From: a virus
Taxonomy: Duplodnaviria; Heunggongvirae; Uroviricota; Caudoviricetes
Virus record (IMG/VR): IMGVR_UViG_3300020050_014748
Length of the DNA stretch: 64,000 nucleotides
Strand: one strand, 5' to 3'
Shown: piece after piece, positions 17,158 through 26,176 of the stretch
How positions within the stretch are numbered: the stretch's first letter is position 1
How the letters are laid out: every line of letters starts with the position of its first letter
Program-made: the position numbers and the translations under genes
Notes under the pieces: model-generated
Database searches by the model: none
Seen by the model: the letters and a program-made list of their open reading frames with translations, nothing else
What the model was told of the DNA's origin: nothing

Positions 17158-18012
17158 CTATTTAATATTTATAAATGGAACAGAATTACCCATCATGTAC
17201 TGAGGTACATCACCTTTCCATTGTTTAATAGCTTGCAATTGAACATAATCAGCTCCACCCTGTGAGTTAATAGCCTGAGACTGAATTTTAATTGATTCTG
17301 CCTCACCTTGAGCTTGAACAATCTTCTGTTCCTTTTCGTACTTAGCTTGTTCTAGTTTATTTTTAGCACCTAGGGCACTTTGCTCAGCTGTAACTTTTAA
17401 TTCCACAGCCTCACTAAATGCTTTTGAGAATTCAAAATTGGTAACTGAGAAATCCTCAAGAATAGAGCTTTTTTCTGTGAGTTGCGTATCAAGTATCATG
17501 TTAACCTTGTCACTATATTCAGATCTCTTTGTAACAAGTTCCTCTGCTGTAAATTCTGCTGAGGTTGACTTAACAATTTGACGAACCATTGGTTCAATAA
17601 CATTTACTTCATAATTATCAACAGAACTATACTGTGAATATATTTGTATCGCCTTAGTTGGGTCAACGTGATATGTTACAACAACACCAATCTTTACATC
17701 TTGAAGATCTTTTGATGCACCAAATAATTCTGATGTATCCTTTGAATCTCCCTCTTTACCATTCTTATCGTAATTTATTGTTCTAGTCTTAACATCCATC
17801 TTGTAGACTTTTTCAATAACTGGAAACTTCAAATAAGGTCCTTGATTAATTATCCCAACTACTTTTCCGAGCCGTGTTTTAACTCCAACAGATCCTGCTT
17901 TTATAATCCCGAAACTGCTAAATACGAGAACAGTTAGAACCAAACCAATAACTATATGCTTAATAACCTTACCTACATTCAACTCACCATTTTCTTTTGT
18001 ATACATTTTCAT
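17158..18012 (-). CDS. SPFH/Band-7 (prohibitin/HflKC-like) membrane protein
   Basis: N-terminal TM, then an SPFH core and a C-terminal coiled coil (AEQSALGAKNKLEQAKYEKEQKIVQAQGEAE). Confidence 0.7.
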   Translation of the reverse strand: MKMYTKENGELNVGKVIKHIVIGLVLTVLVFSSFGIIKAGSVGVKTRLGKVVGIINQGPYLKFPVIEKVYKMDVKTRTINYDKNGKEGDSKDTSELFGASKDLQDVKIGVVVTYHVDPTKAIQIYSQYSSVDNYEVNVIEPMVRQIVKSTSAEFTAEELVTKRSEYSDKVNMILDTQLTEKSSILEDFSVTNFEFSKAFSEAVELKVTAEQSALGAKNKLEQAKYEKEQKIVQAQGEAESIKIQSQAINSQGGADYVQLQAIKQWKGDVPQYMMGNSVPFINIK

Positions 18013-18056
18013 TTAATTTTTATTATTAATATTGTAATACTTCGACTATTACAATT

Positions 18057-18088
18057 CCATTATACTCCCCTATATTAAAGAAGTCAAG
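18057..18088 (-). promoter_or_regulatory. promoter family copy
   Basis: Minus strand reads CTTGACTTCTTTAATATAGGGGAGTATAATGG; overlaps the 3' end of the helicase gene. Confidence 0.65.
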
Positions 18089-19739
18089 AGGTTCCTTCAA
18101 TTAAATAATCTAATTCTGATTTTTGCGTCTCAATAACTTGATTAAATATACTTGACTTCTTTTTAAGCAACCTTGCCATAAAATCATCAATTGTATTAAT
18201 GGCGTGCAAGCTATAAATATTAACAGAATCAGCTTTCTGCCCTGGTCGATGTAAACGATTAGCACCCTGTTCGTGATCAGATGGAGTCCAGCTGTAATCT
18301 ATAAAAATTACATTTGTTGCAGCGGTAAGAGTTATACCAGCACTTGCAGATTTAATACCTCCGAAAAATACCTTACAGTTTGGGTCTTCTTGAAATTTTT
18401 TGACCAACTCTCCTCTTTCACTAACACTTGTTTCAGCAATAATTAAAACAGAATCCGGATATTCATCACGAAGAATTTTTAATGGTTCATTGAAACAAGA
18501 GAACACAATCACCTTCTCTCCTGAATCTATCATTGAATCAATAAGTTCTCTTGTTGAATCTAATTTTCCAAGAGAAGTTAACTCTCTTAAGTAATTAATT
18601 TTCACAAGCTTTTCAGCAGAAAGAGATTTTTCAATTTGCTTATCTTTTTTACCTTTATTTTCACGAAGGTATTTTACAAACTCATCAGATATTTTTTTAT
18701 AATTTGATTTAAATTCTCCAGATAATTCAATCGGTCTAAAAATTTGGATCATTGGTGGTAACTCTTTTAATATTTGATCTTTTGTTCTTCTTAAAAAATA
18801 CTTACCAATCTTTTCACTAAGCTCTGCAAGGTTTGTTGCCCCTTTTGCTTGATACCCATAATATCCCTTCTGGCCGTCACAATATTTCTCAGCAAAACCA
18901 TAATAACTATTCCATGTTTTCGGATCTAGAATATTAAGCATGTTATACATCTCGATAGGCCTTGACAAGATCGGAGTTCCACTAAGCATTATTATTGAAG
19001 GTATATCTCTCGATAAAAGTTTAACAACTTTACTTCTTACAGATGTTGGTGTTTTTATTAAATGACTTTCATCACAAACCATTGTGTCAAATTTAACATT
19101 AACTAACCACTTATAAAATTTCTTAAGAATATCATAATTAATTATTATAACATCAACATCATTTGGAATTTCTTGTGTTTTTGTTTTTCCATCAACAACA
19201 AAAGATTTTAAATGTGTCCACCTTTCAACTTCTAACTGCCAAGAAAATTTCACAGACGCTGGGCAAATAATTAAAGATTTTTTAAATTTCTGTTTTACGA
19301 TAAAAGCAAGAGTCTGTAGTGTTTTTCCACTCCCTGGGGAATCCGCCAGTATTGCCCTCCCATTATTATTCATAAAAAACTCAACACCAATTTTTTGGTA
19401 ATTATATAATTCCCCCTTAATCCCATCAATAACAATATCAGAATCAATTGAATTTTTTATCCTCTTTGCATTCTCCTCTATCTCTGATTCACTTCTTTTT
19501 TCATCATCAGTTTTTTGAACAGCAGAAAGTGCCTCTTGGCTAATCACCACATCTGGGTATTTATTCTTTATCAAAAACATTATAGCAGAATCATTAAATC
19601 TCCATTTACCATTATTAAAAGTAAACTCTTTCCAACCATACGCTGATCTTATAAATCTACAGTATTCTATAATATCCTCATGAAATCTGAACTCAAATGT
19701 AAACTCATAATATTCTGTTTTTTCATAATTTATATACAT
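18084..19739 (-). CDS. SNF2-family DEAD-like helicase/ATPase
   Basis: Walker A ILADSPGSGKTLQ, DEAH-box-like MVCDESH, helicase C motifs (GGIKSASAGITLTAATNVIFID, QGANRLHRPGQ). Confidence 0.75.
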   Translation of the reverse strand: MYINYEKTEYYEFTFEFRFHEDIIEYCRFIRSAYGWKEFTFNNGKWRFNDSAIMFLIKNKYPDVVISQEALSAVQKTDDEKRSESEIEENAKRIKNSIDSDIVIDGIKGELYNYQKIGVEFFMNNNGRAILADSPGSGKTLQTLAFIVKQKFKKSLIICPASVKFSWQLEVERWTHLKSFVVDGKTKTQEIPNDVDVIIINYDILKKFYKWLVNVKFDTMVCDESHLIKTPTSVRSKVVKLLSRDIPSIIMLSGTPILSRPIEMYNMLNILDPKTWNSYYGFAEKYCDGQKGYYGYQAKGATNLAELSEKIGKYFLRRTKDQILKELPPMIQIFRPIELSGEFKSNYKKISDEFVKYLRENKGKKDKQIEKSLSAEKLVKINYLRELTSLGKLDSTRELIDSMIDSGEKVIVFSCFNEPLKILRDEYPDSVLIIAETSVSERGELVKKFQEDPNCKVFFGGIKSASAGITLTAATNVIFIDYSWTPSDHEQGANRLHRPGQKADSVNIYSLHAINTIDDFMARLLKKKSSIFNQVIETQKSELDYLIEGTS

Positions 19740-19751
19740 ACTACATAAATA

Positions 19752-19781
19752 AGTATACTCTCTTATATTAAAAAAGTCAAG
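19752..19781 (-). promoter_or_regulatory. promoter family variant (TTGACT-N17-TATACT), near-leaderless for the SNF2 gene
   Basis: Minus strand reads CTTGACTTTTTTAATATAAGAGAGTATACT; the -10 ends about 6 nt before the ATG at 19739. Confidence 0.55.
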
Positions 19782-19824
19782 TATTAAACAACAATAAACA
19801 AAAGCATAAATATCTAGTTACTTA

Positions 19825-19838
19825 TGCTATAATTATCA
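19825..19838 (+). promoter_or_regulatory. possible extended -10 promoter (TGCTATAAT) for the first plus-strand gene
   Basis: TGnTATAAT lies about 25 nt upstream of the ATG at 19863, in the divergent intergenic region; the -35 is weak. Confidence 0.3.
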
Positions 19839-19862
19839 AATTAACAAATTAAAATAAATCAA

Positions 19863-20144
19863 ATGGAAAATAAAAATAGCAATAGAATTTTTTCAACAAG
19901 AGACCTTTATCTAGCAACAACCCTTGTAACTCTCAAGTTTTACATGACAGGTATTGATGTTCAGTACGAAGGCAACAAAAACCAGTCTATCGGTTATTTC
20001 AAATTTGAAGATACCCCAGAAATACAAGATGCAAAGCAACAGTATATCCAGGGAATGCTCCAAGTTGAACCGAAAGCATTTGTGACAAACATGCATTCTC
20101 TCAAAGCAGAGATCGTGAATGCACAAAACAACCCCTCAAGATAA
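19863..20144 (+). CDS. hypothetical protein
   Basis: ORF followed by a terminator hairpin. Confidence 0.45.
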   Translation: MENKNSNRIFSTRDLYLATTLVTLKFYMTGIDVQYEGNKNQSIGYFKFEDTPEIQDAKQQYIQGMLQVEPKAFVTNMHSLKAEIVNAQNNPSR

Positions 20145-20158
20145 CGATATTTCAATAT

Positions 20159-20180
20159 CCCTCTCTTGAGGGTTTTTGTT
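20159..20180 (+). terminator. rho-independent terminator
   Basis: CCCTC-TCTT-GAGGG hairpin followed by TTTTTGTT. Confidence 0.6.
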
Positions 20181-20197
20181 GCTGCCTGGGTATGATG

Positions 20198-20226
20198 TTG
20201 ACTTCTTTAATATAGGGGAGTATAAT
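20198..20226 (+). promoter_or_regulatory. promoter family copy (TTGACTTCTTTAATATAGGGGAGTATAAT)
   Basis: Exact TTGACT-N17-TATAAT. Confidence 0.7.
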
Positions 20227-20255
20227 GTAATTACAAGTTTAAATCTTAAAAGATT

Positions 20256-21029
20256 ATGAAATATAATATAAATATAAATCAAAAAGTTTTAGAAAAAAGC
20301 ACACTAAATTTAATAGATTGTGCTATTTTGGACTGGGTAATAACAATATGCTCTTCAAAAAACGACTCAATTGAAGAAAAAAGAATCGAAGGAATGACAT
20401 GGATTGATTACAATACCATTATTTCTGATATGCCCCTACTTCGCATCAAAAGCAAGAGTGCATTAACACCAAGGTTTAAAAGGATAGAGAACGAAGGATA
20501 CATAAAAACAAAAATGGTTGGTACTGGTAGTGCCCAAAAGATGTTCGTTTCACTCACAGAAAAGATAGACAGCCTGTTCATTGAAACGAACGGACCGTTC
20601 ATAAAAATGAATGGAGCCGTTCACGAAAACGAACAGGGAGCCGTTCACGAATGTGAACATATCATTATACTAGATACTAATCATTATACTAATGATAAGG
20701 ATATGTGCAATGATGGTAAAAAAGAAGATTCTTTTAACCAATTTTGGTTGGAATACCCAAAGAAAGAGAACAAAATAAAAGCAAGAGAAAAATGGTTTAA
20801 AAAAGGTTTTGAAAAAGATATAGATAAAATCCTTGGTTTTATAAAAGAGGCAAAAAAAACAGATCGTTGGAAAAAAGGTTTTATAAAAGACCCAGTCACT
20901 TTTTTAAACAAGCAATCTTGGTATGACGACCTGACTGAGTATTACGACCGCTCGTCATCCCCAGCAGGGGTCCATAAAGACCGCAATGAAAATGATTATA
21001 TGAAAAATGTTATAAAATTAAAAAACTAA
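20256..21029 (+). CDS. replication initiation / replisome organizer-like protein (DnaD-like C-terminus), contains internal iterons
   Basis: C-terminal FNQFWLEYPKKENKIKAREKW is typical of the phage replisome-organizer/DnaD-like domain. An internal direct-repeat cluster lies at 20591-20658, and a DnaC-like loader follows. Confidence 0.45.
   Translation: MKYNININQKVLEKSTLNLIDCAILDWVITICSSKNDSIEEKRIEGMTWIDYNTIISDMPLLRIKSKSALTPRFKRIENEGYIKTKMVGTGSAQKMFVSLTEKIDSLFIETNGPFIKMNGAVHENEQGAVHECEHIIILDTNHYTNDKDMCNDGKKEDSFNQFWLEYPKKENKIKAREKWFKKGFEKDIDKILGFIKEAKKTDRWKKGFIKDPVTFLNKQSWYDDLTEYYDRSSSPAGVHKDRNENDYMKNVIKLKN
20591..20658. repeat. iteron-like direct repeats (3 copies of G(G/A)NCCGTTCA) plus inverted repeat GTTCAC-GAAT-GTGAAC inside the initiator gene; candidate replication origin
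   Basis: cggaccgttcat, ggagccgttcacgaa and ggagccgttcacgaa at 20591-20651; palindrome at 20643-20658. Confidence 0.45.
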
Positions 21030-21030
21030 T

Positions 21031-21588
21031 ATGCTTAAGACACAAATAAAACCTCGGTACAAAGATTCTTCCGTTAAAAATATAAATTCTGGTATATATA
21101 AAATGCTCGAAGAATCTATAAAAAAAAGAGAACCACCTTGTTTATATATCTTTGGTGACACAGGAGTTGGGAAAACATACATTGCATATGCAATTTATAA
21201 CCTAGTTACGGAACACGGCCTTCCGTGTGTCGTAGTGAGGGGCCTAGATATTGTTGAAGCAATAAAGGGAACATTTACAGGTCTCCCCCATTACGAAAGT
21301 CCCCAATATGAATCAACGGTTGAAATGATGCAGTTTCTAAAAGATTTAAGTGAGTATAAGGGACTTTTAATTATAGACGATGTTGGTGTTGAAAAATCAA
21401 GTGAGGCGGTGATTGTAAAAATGTTTCAGATTATAAATGACCGGTACGAATGGATGTACCCAACAACTTATACGAGTAATCTGGACCTTAACGAATTAAA
21501 AGAAAAAGTTGGAGATAGAATAGTTGGTAGAATTGTTGAGGATTGTGAAATTATAAAATTAGAAGGTAATAATAAAAGAAATGAATAA
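21031..21588 (+). CDS. DnaC/IstB-like AAA+ helicase loader
   Basis: Walker A GDTGVGKTYIAYA, Walker B LLIIDDVG. Confidence 0.65.
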   Translation: MLKTQIKPRYKDSSVKNINSGIYKMLEESIKKREPPCLYIFGDTGVGKTYIAYAIYNLVTEHGLPCVVVRGLDIVEAIKGTFTGLPHYESPQYESTVEMMQFLKDLSEYKGLLIIDDVGVEKSSEAVIVKMFQIINDRYEWMYPTTYTSNLDLNELKEKVGDRIVGRIVEDCEIIKLEGNNKRNE

Positions 21589-21746
21589 TAAAATAGAATT
21601 AAAAAAAGAAATAGTGACAACAGTTAAGGAAAATGAAATCTTAATGTCTTTTAATAACGACTCAGATGCTGAGTTATACGTCCAATGGTGGAATGATGTT
21701 GGACGTGAGTTGATTGAAGATTATTTGTTTGATAAGAATTTTTAAT
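21582..21746 (+). CDS. small hypothetical protein (54 aa)
   Basis: Manual ORF; ATGA overlap with the upstream stop codon. Confidence 0.3.
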
Positions 21747-21764
21747 AATTAAATTAAATGAAAT

Positions 21765-21962
21765 ATGATAAGTGATTATATTCTGGTGGACAAAAAGGGT
21801 CCATATTCAGTAAAGAGATGTCGTTTTTGTTATAACGTTATTTGGGGAGACCAAGTTTCAGCTGGTGATTTTTGTGATATTCATTGTAAGAATGACGGAT
21901 TATCACAAGATAGAAAAATAAAAAGTAAAGAGAAAAAAGATAGTAAATCTACGAGTTTATAA
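21765..21962 (+). CDS. small Cys-rich protein
   Basis: CRFC...CDIHC motifs. Confidence 0.35.
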   Translation: MISDYILVDKKGPYSVKRCRFCYNVIWGDQVSAGDFCDIHCKNDGLSQDRKIKSKEKKDSKSTSL

Positions 21963-21979
21963 ATTAACAAACGAGATAC

Positions 21980-23734
21980 ATGATAAATGAAAAATTATTA
22001 AAAATAGCAGAGAGAGCAATTTCTATCGGGTGGTCTTTAATCCCCGTAGGGGAAGATAAAGTTCCTCTTATTCCTTGGAAGAAATACCAGACAGAAAAGG
22101 CTGATCTTGAACAGATAAAAAAATGGCTTGAAATATATCCATCAATGCAACTTGGTGTAGCTACTGGCAAGTTAAGTAATTTACTTGTAGTTGATTTCGA
22201 GAATGGTGCAGATTTTGATTTGATTAAAGATAAAACATTTAAGGTCCGTACTGGGTCTGGTGGAGTTCATGCTTATTTTCAGCACGAAGAAGGATTCAAG
22301 AATGCAGTTAGAATATTCCCATTAGTGGATATACGTTCAGAAGGTGGGTACTGTGTAACGGTTGGTTCAAAAACAACAAAAGGAGAATATTCAATTTTAA
22401 ATGATTGTCCTATTGTAAAAATGTCACCAGAAACTAGGGCTCTTCTATTGGGTGGGACAAAAAAAGAGGTAGAGATTAAAACAGAAAAATCAGAACCAGC
22501 TTCTGAAGAAATACAATCAGATGCATTCTTCCTTCTTGAATCATACCCAGGTTACGGCAAGGGTGTTCGCAATGAAGAAATAACTAGGTTTATTGGAAAG
22601 GTTCTCTCCAGAATACACCCTGCACACTGGGAGACATACGGATGGGAGATTATCGTGAAAGCTAACCAGAAAAACACCCCTCCATTATCAACAGGAGAGC
22701 TCTACGCATCGTTTAGGAGCATAAAAGGTATTGAGACCCGAAAAACTCCATTAACGGCCTCTACGGTCAAAAATGAGCCGAATAACGCCCTCCTCGAGCA
22801 CCTTTCTGACGGTAGTGACGAAGTAAAACACATCTCAATTGTAGCTTCTGAACAAGTTGTTGACCAAGATGATGTTTACCCACTCGAAATGAAATGTTTC
22901 GATGACTTGATAATGGGCGGTGCCTCACCAGGTGACCTTGTTTCGGTTGCGGGAAGAACAGGTGAGGGTAAATCGTCTATTGCTCAAGATTGGACACTTA
23001 GTTTTATCAGAGGACCCAAAAAGGCACCTGTACTTTGGTTCTCTTATGAACTTTTACCAAGTCACCTTTGGAAGAAGTTTAAAACAATGGGAATGACAGA
23101 AGATGATATTACTGTTATACCAGCCAAACACACATCAGGAAATGTTGCATGGGTTGAGGCAAAAGTTAAAGAAGCAAAAGAAAAATTTAATATAAAGGTT
23201 GTTGTGATAGACCACCTCGGATTTCTTCTTCCAAAAACAAATGGAATACTAGGAAAGAATATGTCACAAAACCATGCTACTTTTGTAACACAAATAGTGA
23301 GAGACTTAAAAACAATAGCATTAAGTGAAGAAGTTATAATTGTTCTACCTGTACACGTAAGAAAAACAAACGGAGCATTGGATATTGAAAGTATAAAGGA
23401 CACCGCGGGGGTAGCTCAAGAAAGTGACCTTGTGTTTTTAATAGAAAGAGAAAGAGATACAGGTAAAGATTCAAAGGGTTATTTTACTGAATATACAAAA
23501 ATAACATTAGCAAAAAATCGTAAGACAGGACAAACACTATCAGCATGGTTTACGATGATAAATGAAAGATTCGCTTACTCAGATCGAAACGAGGATGAAA
23601 AGAAAGCAGTCGAAGGATGGAATGAAATGACAAGTACAACAACTCCATCATCGTATCAAGTTCCAGAAGAAAAAGAAGAGAAAGAAGTGGTTGTTGTTAC
23701 AAAAAGTATGTTGGATGAAATAGACGATGAATAA
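21980..23734 (+). CDS. primase-helicase: N-terminal bifunctional Prim-Pol domain plus C-terminal DnaB/RepA-like (RecA-fold) helicase
   Basis: N-terminus SIGWSLIPVGEDKVPLIPWKKYQ...LLVVDFEN is Prim-Pol-like. C-terminal Walker A VAGRTGEGKSSIA and Walker B VVVIDHLGFL. Confidence 0.65.
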   Translation: MINEKLLKIAERAISIGWSLIPVGEDKVPLIPWKKYQTEKADLEQIKKWLEIYPSMQLGVATGKLSNLLVVDFENGADFDLIKDKTFKVRTGSGGVHAYFQHEEGFKNAVRIFPLVDIRSEGGYCVTVGSKTTKGEYSILNDCPIVKMSPETRALLLGGTKKEVEIKTEKSEPASEEIQSDAFFLLESYPGYGKGVRNEEITRFIGKVLSRIHPAHWETYGWEIIVKANQKNTPPLSTGELYASFRSIKGIETRKTPLTASTVKNEPNNALLEHLSDGSDEVKHISIVASEQVVDQDDVYPLEMKCFDDLIMGGASPGDLVSVAGRTGEGKSSIAQDWTLSFIRGPKKAPVLWFSYELLPSHLWKKFKTMGMTEDDITVIPAKHTSGNVAWVEAKVKEAKEKFNIKVVVIDHLGFLLPKTNGILGKNMSQNHATFVTQIVRDLKTIALSEEVIIVLPVHVRKTNGALDIESIKDTAGVAQESDLVFLIERERDTGKDSKGYFTEYTKITLAKNRKTGQTLSAWFTMINERFAYSDRNEDEKKAVEGWNEMTSTTTPSSYQVPEEKEEKEVVVVTKSMLDEIDDE

Positions 23735-23915
23735 TTTACAGAGATGTGGAGCGTGTGGAGAATGGCAACAAGATCCAAGTTTATTTTCACAAGAAGAACA
23801 AAATATGCCGGAGTTGATTCATTGTGGATGTGAAAATGAAGAAGAGATTAGGTATGTAAGTAGGGATATGGCTATTGATGCAGGTGACTTATCATTAGAA
23901 GGTCAAAGATATTAA
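23727..23915 (+). CDS. small Cys-containing protein
   Basis: ORF with an 8-nt overlap with the upstream gene. Confidence 0.35.
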   Translation: MNNLQRCGACGEWQQDPSLFSQEEQNMPELIHCGCENEEEIRYVSRDMAIDAGDLSLEGQRY

Positions 23916-23917
23916 TT

Positions 23918-24151
23918 ATGGATGAAAAGAAAATAACACAAATACTAGAAAGTTTTGATGTTCCACTTGAAAAAATAGATGAGATTGTTCTTGTTATGTT
24001 AAAAGAGGCAGAACAGGGTAAAGTACAAAGAACAATATCAGAGAAAGAAGAATTTATAACAAGATCACATTTGCAACATTTAATTGATAATGAACCAGAC
24101 TGGAGAAAGAAGGCATTGATAGCCGGTTACTTTTTCGGCAAGATAGTTTAG
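23918..24151 (+). CDS. hypothetical protein
   Basis: ORF. Confidence 0.4.
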   Translation: MDEKKITQILESFDVPLEKIDEIVLVMLKEAEQGKVQRTISEKEEFITRSHLQHLIDNEPDWRKKALIAGYFFGKIV

Positions 24152-24157
24152 TGATAC

Positions 24158-24186
24158 TTGACTTCTTTAATATAGGGGAGTATAAT
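24158..24186 (+). promoter_or_regulatory. promoter family copy placed for a leaderless mRNA
   Basis: Identical 29-mer TTGACTTCTTTAATATAGGGGAGTATAAT; the ATG at 24193 lies 7 nt after the -10. Confidence 0.7.
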
Positions 24187-24192
24187 GGAATT

Positions 24193-24906
24193 ATGAATAA
24201 AGTTGTAGTCATAGGAGATATTCACGGGAGGGATATCTGGAAAAAAATTACAGAGAAAGAGAAAGATGCCGATAAGATAATATTTATGGGAGATTATTTT
24301 GATAGTTTTGATATACCATTCTATGAACAGTTTGATAACTGGATAGAGATAATTAAATTCAAAAAAGAAAATCCAGAAAAGGTTGTGTTGTTGATCGGGA
24401 ACCATTGTTTTCATTACATATCAGAAACAGAAAAATATTCAGGATATCAAAGAAATTACGCTCTAAAGATCGGTACAAGTATACAAAATGCGATAGATAC
24501 CAACTTGATGCAAATATCGTATCTTAATAATAAATTCTTGTTCACTCATGCTGGTGTTTCTCAAAAATGGCTTGAGTCACACGTTGAGAGTATGTTGGAT
24601 CTAGAATACACACCAGATGTTGCGTTAACTAAATTATTTATAAGTAGACCTGAATCTTTTAATTTTAATGGATCAGATTCATCAGGTGATGACATAACAC
24701 AGTCACCTATATGGATAAGACCGAAGAGTCTAGACAAGGTGAGAGTTCCAGGATTTATTCATGTAGTTGGACATACAGGAACAAGGGGTATAGAAACGTG
24801 GCTTCAACCACCAAAGTTTGATGAAGGAATAATATTAGTAGATTCATTAAGGTATAAAGAGTATTTAATAATTAAGAATGACCGACTAGAAGTTGGTAAA
24901 ATATAA
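24193..24906 (+). CDS. PPP-family Ser/Thr protein phosphatase (lambda PPase/ApaH-like metallophosphoesterase)
   Basis: VVIGDIHGR, FMGDYFDSF, LIGNHCFH, FTHAG and VGHTG motifs. Start moved to 24193 (MNKVVVIGD) because the 24151 Met lies inside the promoter. Confidence 0.7.
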   Translation: MNKVVVIGDIHGRDIWKKITEKEKDADKIIFMGDYFDSFDIPFYEQFDNWIEIIKFKKENPEKVVLLIGNHCFHYISETEKYSGYQRNYALKIGTSIQNAIDTNLMQISYLNNKFLFTHAGVSQKWLESHVESMLDLEYTPDVALTKLFISRPESFNFNGSDSSGDDITQSPIWIRPKSLDKVRVPGFIHVVGHTGTRGIETWLQPPKFDEGIILVDSLRYKEYLIIKNDRLEVGKI

Positions 24907-25690
24907 AATGATAAATTTTTTTAAAAAAATAATATTAGGAGATAAAAAGAAAGGGTTTGTTTTTACTACAAATAACATACGAGTAAGAACAGGTAATGGT
25001 GATCTTATAAACCAGCCAGAGTTCGGTGGGTGGACACCTATTTCTAGTTTTATGGTTGATTCCTCGGATGTTGGAAATGTTGGTGTGAATACTGGTAGTA
25101 ATTCTGTTGCTGTATTTACTGGTCAGCAAAAGCAAGAGGATAGTAGAATAGCTGTCGAGCCAAAGGCGGTTTTTGAGGAAATCAAAAGAGAGTCACCGGA
25201 AATATCTTTTGAAAACTTAGAAGAGAAAATAAAAGTTGTCACAGAAAGAATAAATATACTTAAAGACCACCTTAGTGATGAGCATTTGAAAGATGAACAT
25301 CGTTCTGTTTTTTATCTAAAGAATAGATTAAAATACCTTAAGACAAAAACTAAAAATCCATTAGATTGGGCCATGACAACAAATGAGGCAGTTGTTGATT
25401 TATGTAAAAGATATAAATTAAAAGTTGTACCCTTGAAGCAATATTACACTCTTGTTCCGAACGAGGGTATCCAAGAAATGGATCGTTACACAAAAGCATA
25501 CAAAGCAATAACTGGTGACACACCAATCTTTACACTTGTTGTAAAAGACACAGAAGTTAAAGAACAAACAAAGAAAGACAGAGATCCTATCTTGTTAGCA
25601 AACTCTCCACTTGGAAATTTTATGTTTATACTCGGAGCCTGGGACGATGAAATTTTATACATTGATGAGATAATATATGGCGGTAAGTAA
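24893..25690 (+). CDS. hypothetical protein
   Basis: ORF. Confidence 0.45.
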   Translation: MVKYKMINFFKKIILGDKKKGFVFTTNNIRVRTGNGDLINQPEFGGWTPISSFMVDSSDVGNVGVNTGSNSVAVFTGQQKQEDSRIAVEPKAVFEEIKRESPEISFENLEEKIKVVTERINILKDHLSDEHLKDEHRSVFYLKNRLKYLKTKTKNPLDWAMTTNEAVVDLCKRYKLKVVPLKQYYTLVPNEGIQEMDRYTKAYKAITGDTPIFTLVVKDTEVKEQTKKDRDPILLANSPLGNFMFILGAWDDEILYIDEIIYGGK

Positions 25691-25840
25691 ATGAAAACAA
25701 TATCAATGAATGACGTACAGACAGTAGAAAGATTTTATTGTCCATACAAAAAATGTGAAGCAGAGAATGAGTCTTATTATCTTGAAGAGGGAGAAATAGT
25801 TACATGCATCTCTTGTGGTATGGATATAAAGATAAAATAA
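25691..25840 (+). CDS. small zinc-ribbon protein (49 aa)
   Basis: Manual ORF with CPYKKC...CISCG motifs. Confidence 0.3.
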   Translation: MKTISMNDVQTVERFYCPYKKCEAENESYYLEEGEIVTCISCGMDIKIK

Positions 25841-25871
25841 AATTTACTAATAATTAATTGTATAAAATAGC

Positions 25872-25985
25872 ATGAATGATGATTATTTAGATTTTGAAGA
25901 GGAAGATAGTTTTGATGCTGACTTTGGTGAATATATTGAAGATGACGAAGAAGATGATTATTATGATAATTCAAGAGAGATATGA
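25872..25985 (+). CDS. 37-aa highly acidic peptide (MNDDYLDFEEEDSFDADFGEYIEDDEEDDYYDNSREI)
   Basis: Manual ORF; ATGA overlap with the next gene. Asp/Glu content above 50%. Confidence 0.25.
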   Translation: MNDDYLDFEEEDSFDADFGEYIEDDEEDDYYDNSREI

Positions 25986-26170
25986 AGAAACCCAAATATA
26001 GAATAGGAGATATTGTTTTGTATGAAAATATAGATAGAGATGGATTAATGTATATGGTTAAGGTGATTAGTGGGTATAAACATAACAAAACATGGCACTA
26101 CAGGATTGAATCACCTGGACAATGGTATTGCCCTAGTGTACCAGAGAGTGATATTATTAGTTTAAAATAA
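25982..26170 (+). CDS. hypothetical protein
   Basis: ORF. Confidence 0.4.
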   Translation: MKKPKYRIGDIVLYENIDRDGLMYMVKVISGYKHNKTWHYRIESPGQWYCPSVPESDIISLK

Positions 26171-26176
26171 AAAAAT

